The translations under genes and the position numbers were made by a program. A DNA stretch of 64,000 nucleotides from an uncultured Gammaproteobacteria bacterium (lineage in GTDB: Bacteria > Pseudomonadota > Gammaproteobacteria > JABCZS01), in contig CAWKDC010000001.1 of the NCBI GenBank assembly GCA_963848305.1, forward strand, positions 1,120,001-1,184,000, given 5' to 3'. A model generated the notes under the pieces. That model searched no databases. It was not told where the DNA came from and saw only the letters and a program-made list of their open reading frames with translations. Of the stretch, positions 57,065 to 64,000 are shown piece after piece (within the stretch, counting starts at the first letter, position 1; each line of letters starts with the position of its first letter).

Positions 57065-57565
57065 TCAAGCCGTCTGGCGAGTGGGTGTCAACGCTGGCTT
57101 TGGAAGCCAATAGTGTGCAGCACAGGTTGCCACAGAGGCTATGACGGCCCCACCCATCAAGAACCCGAACTTTGCGCTGTCGCCCACTGAAGTGGGTTGA
57201 TGCCAGCCCGATGCCGCATCAAAGCCATCCAAACCGAAACCAGCCAATAAGAGGTATAAAGTTGTGGCGCCGAAACAACCTGCACCAATAGCAGCGGTAA
57301 ACATGGCGAAGGCTTTTTCCCTGGTGACACCATTTGTCTGCTTAGGTGCTGCGAAGTACCACTCATTAGGCTTTGCCGCACGCAGCTGCAAAAGCACTGC
57401 CGACGCAAGCACGAGGCACCCTACAATCAGGGCGATATCTGCGCCCTGGTCGTCCATCGTCAGGGAGTGCTGCCGGGCATAATGTGTGATGCCACAAGCA
57501 TAAGCAAACACGGTCATATACCACAATGTCGCTGTTGTCTCAGGGTTTTGTTGGGCTAATATCAT
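57065..57565 (-). CDS. hypothetical 4-TM membrane protein directly after trkH
   Basis: GGAG RBS at the trkH 3' end, ATG 57565; four hydrophobic segments. Confidence 0.6.
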   Translation of the reverse strand: MILAQQNPETTATLWYMTVFAYACGITHYARQHSLTMDDQGADIALIVGCLVLASAVLLQLRAAKPNEWYFAAPKQTNGVTREKAFAMFTAAIGAGCFGATTLYLLLAGFGLDGFDAASGWHQPTSVGDSAKFGFLMGGAVIASVATCAAHYWLPKPALTPTRQTA

Positions 57566-57567
57566 AT

Positions 57568-59019
57568 TTATTGTCTCCAAAAGGCCGGCATGAACAACAC
57601 CATCACCGCAAAAATTTCTAAACGTCCAACCAGCATGGAAAATGACAATGTCCATTTTGCAATGTCATTTAAATTAGCGTAATCCCAAAATACCGAACCC
57701 AATCCCGGGCCGACATTGGCAATGCTGGCAATCACAGCGCCAAAAGCCGAGAGAAAATCCAACCCGCACGCCATCAAAATGAACAAGAACAAGCAGAATA
57801 ATAGGGTGAGCACACCGATGAAACCCCACACTGCATCAATCACTTTATCGGGTAACATTTTTTGATCGATTTTTAAAATATATTCGCCGCTCGGGTGAAT
57901 CAAGCGGTGCAATTCGCGAGAGGCTTGTTTCATCACCACTAACACACGGATCGACTTAATCCCTCCTGATGTTGAGCCCGCACACCCCCCGATTAAACCG
58001 CCTATCAGGATGATGATGGGCGCAAACATGGGCCAAATACTGAAATCACTCGCGACATAACCTGTGGTGGTGCTGATGGAAATGACATGAAACAGCGTAT
58101 CGATGAATGCAGTCAATGAATTAGGATAAACATGTTGCCACATCAATACCCCAAACACAGCGGCAATGATCATCAATTGAATTTTTACAAAAAACCGGAA
58201 TTCAGCGTTTCGAAAATACGTCATCAGGCTGGTGTTATGCAGTGCTAAGAAGTGCAATGAAAAATTCAATCCGCCTAAAAACATAAACAACGTTGCCCAT
58301 AATTTTAAGGATGTTTGTGGGTAAAATGCAAAATTACTGTCATGTGGGGCGAAGCCTCCTGTCGATAAGGTTCCAAAAGCATAACAAATCGCATCAAAAC
58401 TAGACATGCCGTTTAAGCGATAACTTAATGCGCAGGCGGCTGTTAACCCAATATAAATAAACCACAATGTTTTGGCTGTTTCAGCCACGCGTGGCGTAAG
58501 TTTGTTTTCACGGTTGACACCAGATGTTTCTGCGCGAAACAATTGCAAACCACCGACACCTAACATCGGTAACACGGCGACAGCGAGCACGATGATCCCC
58601 ATACCGCCGAGAAAGTGTAATTGCTGGCGATAATATAATAATGCTTTTGGCAAAGCATCGAGGCCGCGAATCACGGTGGCGCCAGTGGTGGTGAGTCCCG
58701 ATACGGTTTCAAACACAGCATCTGTGAATGAAAGGTGCGGCGCTTCGGACACAATGAAAGGCAAGGCACCGAATAAACTGATCACTGTCCAAAAAAGCAC
58801 AACAATTAAAAACCCGTCGCGCGTACGAGGTTCTTCGCGTGTGTTGCGAGTAAACCACCATAAAATAACGCCAGATAATAACGTGGCTAAGCCAGAGGTG
58901 ATGAATGGATAATAAAATGATTCATTAAACAACCAGGCAACCGCCATCGGAGGTAAATGGCTTAAGCTCAAGCACATCAACAAATAACCTAATACTTTGA
59001 AAATGGCAGCCCAATGCAT
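57568..59019 (-). CDS. trkH: Trk potassium uptake membrane protein
   Basis: SGLTTTGA, STGGF, TTTGY, GSTSGGIK, NVGPG, GRLE. Confidence 0.96.
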   Translation of the reverse strand: MHWAAIFKVLGYLLMCLSLSHLPPMAVAWLFNESFYYPFITSGLATLLSGVILWWFTRNTREEPRTRDGFLIVVLFWTVISLFGALPFIVSEAPHLSFTDAVFETVSGLTTTGATVIRGLDALPKALLYYRQQLHFLGGMGIIVLAVAVLPMLGVGGLQLFRAETSGVNRENKLTPRVAETAKTLWFIYIGLTAACALSYRLNGMSSFDAICYAFGTLSTGGFAPHDSNFAFYPQTSLKLWATLFMFLGGLNFSLHFLALHNTSLMTYFRNAEFRFFVKIQLMIIAAVFGVLMWQHVYPNSLTAFIDTLFHVISISTTTGYVASDFSIWPMFAPIIILIGGLIGGCAGSTSGGIKSIRVLVVMKQASRELHRLIHPSGEYILKIDQKMLPDKVIDAVWGFIGVLTLLFCLFLFILMACGLDFLSAFGAVIASIANVGPGLGSVFWDYANLNDIAKWTLSFSMLVGRLEIFAVMVLFMPAFWRQ

Positions 59020-59028
59020 GGGGTCTCC

Positions 59029-60402
59029 TTAAAAGAAATGAATAGCTACTTGGAAGAGACGCTCAACATCGCCGATATACTTTTTATTGCTGACAAATAA
59101 AATGACATGATCATCCGCCTCGATTTTGGTGGCGGGTTCCGCAGGGATCACTTCTTCCCCTCGCACCAACATGCTGATCAACGTACCCGGTGGCAATGGC
59201 AAAGTTTCAATTGTTCGGCCGACTACTTTGGATGTTTCGAGGGTGCCATGCGCAATGGCTTCAATGGCTTCTGCTGCACCGCGACGCAAGGCATGTACTT
59301 GCACGATATCCCCACGGCGAATATGCGTGAGTAAACTGCTGATGGTGGATTGTTGTGGCGAAATGGCAATGTCGATTTCACTGCCTTCAATCAAATCCAC
59401 ATATGCGGTGCGGTTGATCAATGCCATGACTTTACGCGCGCCCATACGTTTGGCGAGTGTCGCAGACATGATATTGGTTTCATCATCATTGGTGAGTGCA
59501 CAGAAAACGTCTGTTTCTTCGATGTTTTCATTGTAGAGTAGATTTTTATCGGAACAATCGCCGCAAAGCACCACGGATTTATTGAGTAGCTCAGCAAGCA
59601 TGCGGCAACGCGCTTGGCCGCGATCAATGATTTTAACGTGATAATTTTTTTCAAGCGTTTGTGCCAAATTAAAACCAATATTTCCGCCGCCTGCAATCAT
59701 GATGCGTTTATAGGGTTCAATCAGCCCGCGCAATTCACTGATCACTTCGCGAATTTCGGTGGATTCACAAATACAAAACACTTCATCGTTGGCTTGAATA
59801 ACCGTGTCTTCATCTAATGTGACCAATGTATTTTGACGGAAAATGGCAGCAATTTTTGCTTTGATTGAAGGCATATGAATATATAAATTTTTCAGTGCTT
59901 GTCCGACCAGGGGTGCCCCTTCCACGGCCCGCAGTGCGACACATTGAACATGACCATTCGCAAAATCCAGGACTTGCAGTGCCCCAGGAAATTCTATCAA
60001 GCGTTTGACGTAACGAGTGACGAGTTGTTCGGGGCTGATCAACACATCGATTGGTATTGATTTGTTGTCGAACAATTGTGGAAACAACATATATTCGGAG
60101 GAACGCACACGCGCAATTTTGATCGGTGTTTTAAATAAACTGTAGGCAATTTCGCAGGCGAGCATATTGGTTTCATCATTATTGGTGACAGCGATCAGCA
60201 TGTCAGCATCTTCCGCGCCTGCACGACGTAAGACGCTTGGGTGGGATGCATGCCCGACGATAGTGCGGACATCTAGTTTTTCATCGATTGTTTGGAGGAT
60301 TTTGACGTTGTTATCCACAACAGTAATATCGTTGTGTTCTGACGTGAGGTGCTCTGCCAGCGTGCCACCGACCTGCCCTGCGCCAAGAATGATGATTTTC
60401 AT
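59029..60402 (-). CDS. trkA: Trk system NAD-binding regulatory subunit
   Basis: MKIIILGAGQVG, IAGGGNIG, LRRGAAEAIE. Confidence 0.97.
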   Translation of the reverse strand: MKIIILGAGQVGGTLAEHLTSEHNDITVVDNNVKILQTIDEKLDVRTIVGHASHPSVLRRAGAEDADMLIAVTNNDETNMLACEIAYSLFKTPIKIARVRSSEYMLFPQLFDNKSIPIDVLISPEQLVTRYVKRLIEFPGALQVLDFANGHVQCVALRAVEGAPLVGQALKNLYIHMPSIKAKIAAIFRQNTLVTLDEDTVIQANDEVFCICESTEIREVISELRGLIEPYKRIMIAGGGNIGFNLAQTLEKNYHVKIIDRGQARCRMLAELLNKSVVLCGDCSDKNLLYNENIEETDVFCALTNDDETNIMSATLAKRMGARKVMALINRTAYVDLIEGSEIDIAISPQQSTISSLLTHIRRGDIVQVHALRRGAAEAIEAIAHGTLETSKVVGRTIETLPLPPGTLISMLVRGEEVIPAEPATKIEADDHVILFVSNKKYIGDVERLFQVAIHFF

Positions 60403-60453
60403 GAAACGGGTTCTCCCTGCTGTCTTAATATTAAAGCAATTCTGCTTATTTTG

Positions 60454-61389
60454 CTAGCCAAAATGTTGCCCCACCGCAAAATGTTTGGCGTAGCCATTAT
60501 ACAACGCTGCCGTGTCCATGGGTTTTTTGCCGGGTAATTGTAATTGCGTGATGCACAAGGCTCCTGCCCCAGTTTGCACCACTAAACCCTTTGGACTGAA
60601 GGCGAGCACGGTGCCTGGCAATGCGCTGTGTGATAAAGACGGCACTGTGATTGACTTCAACAGCCGCACTCGCCAGTCCTGCCATTGCGTGTAAGCCACA
60701 GGCCAGGGTTGGTAGCCGCGGATTGCGCGTTCAATCACCTCTGCAGGTTGTGTCCAATCAATCTCAGCTTCTTCTACGGTCAGTTTGTGTGCATAAGATG
60801 CCAGTCTATCGGTTTGGGGAATGGGCGGGTAATCATGTGGTGATTTCAGGTAAGACAATAAGGCTTCTGCACCCAATTGGCCCAGTCGGGTGATGAGTTC
60901 ACCAGCAGTTTCTTGGGATTGAATGGGGGTCTCGGTTTGAATAAGCATAGGGCCTGTATCCAAGCCAGCATCCATTTGCATCAATGTAACGCCTGTGATG
61001 ATGTCTCCGGCCAATAGCGCGCGTTGGGCGGGCGCGGCGCCCCGATAACGCGGCAACAGAGACGTGTGGATGTTCAAAGCAGCTTTGTGCGGGATGCTTA
61101 AAGCTGCCTTGGGCAAAATAAGCCCATAAGCGACCACAATCAGATAATCCGGTTGAAGCGCGGATAATGTGGCTTGAGCCGCTTTGTTAAAGCGTTCAGG
61201 CTCATGAACGGGAATGTGGTGGGACAAGGCCAACACTTTGACGGGGCTGGCAGTGGGCAGTTTGCCGCGCCCAGCAGGCCTGTCAGGTTGCGTGAACACC
61301 GCCTTAATAGGATAGCCCGCATCGAGCAATGTTTGAAGCACATCCGCAGCAATCTCAGGCGTACCGGCAAACACGAGCGTAGGTTTCAA
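60454..61389 (-). CDS. fmt: methionyl-tRNA formyltransferase
   Basis: FAGTP, TQPDRPAGRG, VVAYGLILP, NIHTSLLPRYRGAAP. Confidence 0.97.
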   Translation of the reverse strand: MKPTLVFAGTPEIAADVLQTLLDAGYPIKAVFTQPDRPAGRGKLPTASPVKVLALSHHIPVHEPERFNKAAQATLSALQPDYLIVVAYGLILPKAALSIPHKAALNIHTSLLPRYRGAAPAQRALLAGDIITGVTLMQMDAGLDTGPMLIQTETPIQSQETAGELITRLGQLGAEALLSYLKSPHDYPPIPQTDRLASYAHKLTVEEAEIDWTQPAEVIERAIRGYQPWPVAYTQWQDWRVRLLKSITVPSLSHSALPGTVLAFSPKGLVVQTGAGALCITQLQLPGKKPMDTAALYNGYAKHFAVGQHFG

Positions 61390-61889
61390 TGGTATTCCCT
61401 TAATTCTTTTAAAAATTTCTTTTCCGTTCTGGAGCGTTTCAGCCAGGAGAGGTGATCAATAAAAACAATTCCGTCCAAATGATCAATCTCGTGTTGTAAG
61501 CAACGTGATAATAGCCCTTCTGCGGTGATGTTGACAGGATTGCCCTCTAAATCAGTGGCGGTGATGGTGATTTTTTCACTGCGCTTGATGTCAATGCGTA
61601 ACCCTGGGAAAGACAAACAGCCTTCATTGCTGGGAATGGTGCCCGAGCGATGTTTGATCACAGGGTTGATGAGTACCTGTGGTTGATTTTTCTCTTCACT
61701 GAGATCGATGGTGAGCATGCGCAGTCGAATGCCGACTTGTGTTGCAGCCAGACCGATGCCTTCTTCGGCATACATAGTCGCGATCATTTGTGCCGCCATA
61801 CTGCGGACGTGATCATCGATGGTCTCAATAGGTGCCGCGGGCGTGAGCAGACCCTTATCAGGGTAAATGAGGACTTTCAGCGTATTCAT
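61386..61889 (-). CDS. def: peptide deformylase
   Basis: GIGLAATQVG, EGCLSFP, QHEIDHLDG. Confidence 0.97.
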   Translation of the reverse strand: MNTLKVLIYPDKGLLTPAAPIETIDDHVRSMAAQMIATMYAEEGIGLAATQVGIRLRMLTIDLSEEKNQPQVLINPVIKHRSGTIPSNEGCLSFPGLRIDIKRSEKITITATDLEGNPVNITAEGLLSRCLQHEIDHLDGIVFIDHLSWLKRSRTEKKFLKELREYH

Positions 61890-61946
61890 GATTTTTATCA
61901 CCCCTTTACTGTATAATCTCTGATTCTCAGGATACCAGGAAGGCAA

Positions 61947-63062
61947 ATGAAAGACAATCAAACAAATCAGATCCACATTCAGTGGGCGTGGGTGAGTGAG
62001 GTGGCGCGCCACCGTGCTCGCGATATTATCAATTATTTTCAAGAAGATACGACGCAGGCCTGGGTGATTCAGGCGGACATGGCGCCAGCACTTGGGTTGA
62101 CACAGGGGCTGATGAAGGCATTGTTGAACCCCTGCCCCGCGTTTTGTGGGCGGCTGGAAAAATGGCTGGCGGAATCACCGCAACACCATTATATTCCTGT
62201 CTGGTCAGCCGATTACCCGGCATTATTGCGTGAAATCCCCTCGCCACCATTGGGACTCTATGTGATGGGGAACGTGTCAGCGATGTCATCTCCTCAAATC
62301 GCCATTGTGGGCACACGGAAACCTTCCCCGCTTGGCATTGTGTTGGCAGAAGATTTTGCGAGAGGGTTGGGTCAGGCAGGTTTCACGGTGACGAGCGGTT
62401 TGGCGATGGGGGTGGATGCGTGCGCGCATCAAGGGGCTTTGTCTGTGGGTGCGACGACGATTGGTGTCATGGCCACGGGTATGGACCAAATCTATCCCTC
62501 GCGTCATTATCGATTGGCACAAGAGATGTTGCTGAAGGGAGCCGTGGTGACTGAGTTTCCATTGGGCACAAAGCCATTGCCGCCATTGTTTCCTCAGCGA
62601 AATAGAATCATCAGTGGATTATCGCAAGGCGTATTGGTGGTTGAAGCAGCCCTGCGGAGTGGCACTTTGACGACGGCCCGGCATGCCATCGAACAGAACC
62701 GAGATGTGTTTGCCATTCCCGGTTCTGTGAAAAATCGCCAAACAGAAGGGTGTCATTATTTGTTAAAGCAAGGTGCAACATTGGTTGTGACCGTGGATGA
62801 TATGTTAGTCGAATTAGGTATTGGTCAGCAGAAAAGTCAAAAAAGGACTGGCCAAAATCGAATAAGTTGTTCACACTTAGGAGAGCAGGATCGTCGCATT
62901 TTGTCGGTCTTAGAGACCGGGACAGTGGGCGTCGATGAGTTGGTTCATCAGCTTTCGCTTCCCACTCAAGAAGTTGCATGCCGATTAATAGAACTAGAGC
63001 TGTGTGGTTTAGTACAAACAACGCCAGGGGGATACACCCGGGCTTTTAGGAGCGCAACATGA
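61947..63062 (+). CDS. dprA: DNA-processing protein DprA/Smf
   Basis: IAIVGTRK, SGLAMGVD, FPQRNRIISGLS, VEAALRSG, C-terminal wHTH. Confidence 0.95.
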   Translation: MKDNQTNQIHIQWAWVSEVARHRARDIINYFQEDTTQAWVIQADMAPALGLTQGLMKALLNPCPAFCGRLEKWLAESPQHHYIPVWSADYPALLREIPSPPLGLYVMGNVSAMSSPQIAIVGTRKPSPLGIVLAEDFARGLGQAGFTVTSGLAMGVDACAHQGALSVGATTIGVMATGMDQIYPSRHYRLAQEMLLKGAVVTEFPLGTKPLPPLFPQRNRIISGLSQGVLVVEAALRSGTLTTARHAIEQNRDVFAIPGSVKNRQTEGCHYLLKQGATLVVTVDDMLVELGIGQQKSQKRTGQNRISCSHLGEQDRRILSVLETGTVGVDELVHQLSLPTQEVACRLIELELCGLVQTTPGGYTRAFRSAT

Positions 63063-63547
63063 AAGAGAATGTGCTTGATGTATTAATCTATTTGTTTGAT
63101 CATGTCTTTGATATGGATACGGATACCGAAGCAGAAACAGATCAAGAAACATTGGCGACTGAACTGGAGGCTGCAGGCTTCGAAAAGATAGAAATTGATA
63201 AAGCATTCGATTGGTTAGAAGATTTACATTTTGCACAAGCCCGTACCGAGGGAATACGCAGCAAAACCATGGGTGGTATGCGGTTTTATGCCCCCGAAGA
63301 GTCAGAGCGTATTGCGCCCGATTGTCGTGGTTTCCTGTTGCATATGGAAGCTTGCGGTGTGATAGATGCCCAATTGCGTGAGATGGTGATCGATAGGGTC
63401 ATGGCATTGGATGCCGTCCAAGTCGATGTGAACCAACTCAAATGGATTATTTTGATGGTGCTTTGTAATTCCGATCGTGAAGACGGCCCTTCAGTCGAAT
63501 GGGTGGAGGAGATCATGTTAGGGGATTTTGCAGACACGATGCATTGA
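63059..63547 (+). CDS. smg: Smg (DUF494) protein
   Basis: MKENVLDVLIYLF, AGF...EI.KAFDWL, RE.VIDR, LKWIILMVL. Confidence 0.93.
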   Translation: MKENVLDVLIYLFDHVFDMDTDTEAETDQETLATELEAAGFEKIEIDKAFDWLEDLHFAQARTEGIRSKTMGGMRFYAPEESERIAPDCRGFLLHMEACGVIDAQLREMVIDRVMALDAVQVDVNQLKWIILMVLCNSDREDGPSVEWVEEIMLGDFADTMH

Positions 63548-63561
63548 AAAAATACGGTATT

Positions 63562-63618
63562 TGCCCCCTTTGAAGGGGGCAGCCCGTCAGGTGCGCATTC
63601 ATGCGCCTTCGGGCGGGG
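63562..63618. repeat. intergenic double hairpin (short dispersed repeat or terminator-like)
   Basis: TGCCCCCTT-tg-AAGGGGGCA then GCCCG...GCGCAT-tc-ATGCGC...CGGGC. Confidence 0.45.
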
Positions 63619-63714
63619 GTTGTCACCATCTAACATTCCCCTCCCCACCCTTGCCATTCGCTCAAAATTAGGCTAGATTCCCACTCGCCACCCTATACTT
63701 ATATAAGGACCTAC

Positions 63715-64000
63715 ATGACAAAACACCTCGTCGTCGTCGAATCGCCGGCTAAAACAAAGACTTTGGAAAAATATCTGGGTAAAAAAGACTATAAGGTCAT
63801 TGCCTCATATGGTCACGTCCGCGATTTGGTCGCCAAAGAGGGAGCAGTCGATCCTGCTCACGATTTTGCCATGCGCTATGAGTTGATAGAAAAGAATAAA
63901 AAGCATGTGGATGTTTTTTTGAAGGCTCTCAAAGACGCCGACACCCTCCTGCTCGCCACTGACCCGGATCGTGAAGGGGAAGCGATTTCCTGGCATCTCT
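63715..64000 (+). CDS. topA: DNA topoisomerase I (5' part, runs off-window)
   Basis: MTKHLVVVESPAK...ASYGHVRDL...LATDPDREGEAISWHL read directly; not in ORF track. Confidence 0.96.
   Translation, partial: MTKHLVVVESPAKTKTLEKYLGKKDYKVIASYGHVRDLVAKEGAVDPAHDFAMRYELIEKNKKHVDVFLKALKDADTLLLATDPDREGEAISWHL

Overview
Replication-origin region of a gammaproteobacterial chromosome. A Legionellales/Coxiella-Berkiella-like host is inferred from gene order and the many orphan multi-TM genes, but this is not proven. The conserved backbone is atpIBEFHAGD, parAB, rsmG, mnmG, mnmE, yidC-yidD-rnpA-rpmH, oriC and dnaA-dnaN-recF-gyrB with three parS sites. It continues with potFGHI plus a rimK-like gene, purEK, znuCB/znuA, queF, dipZ, gmhB, tpx, lpxL, trkAH, fmt, def, dprA, smg and the 5' end of topA. 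Many genes, including essential ones (atpA/G/D, dnaA, mnmE, potH), are frameshifted; these are most likely assembly indel errors. The best candidate for a new system is a DUF2946/CruR-like uORF (His/CxxC plus C-terminal RAPP arrest motif). A hairpin lies over its stop codon, and it heads an apparent operon of an unknown His-rich multi-TM protein, queF, znuA and traT, in a znu locus with no zur. Other points: six AAA+/DUF4143 ATPase loci (two intact with palindromic upstream operators, four decayed remnants, two absent from the ORF track); an apparently tandem-duplicated oriC; a toxin-first AbiE pair with a perfect 22-bp inverted-repeat operator; an orphan AbiEi upstream of lpxL; and a Schlafen/AlbA_2-HTH gene under 3x29-bp repeats. 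No rRNA, tRNA, CRISPR array or transposase was seen. All family assignments come from recognised motifs, not database searches.
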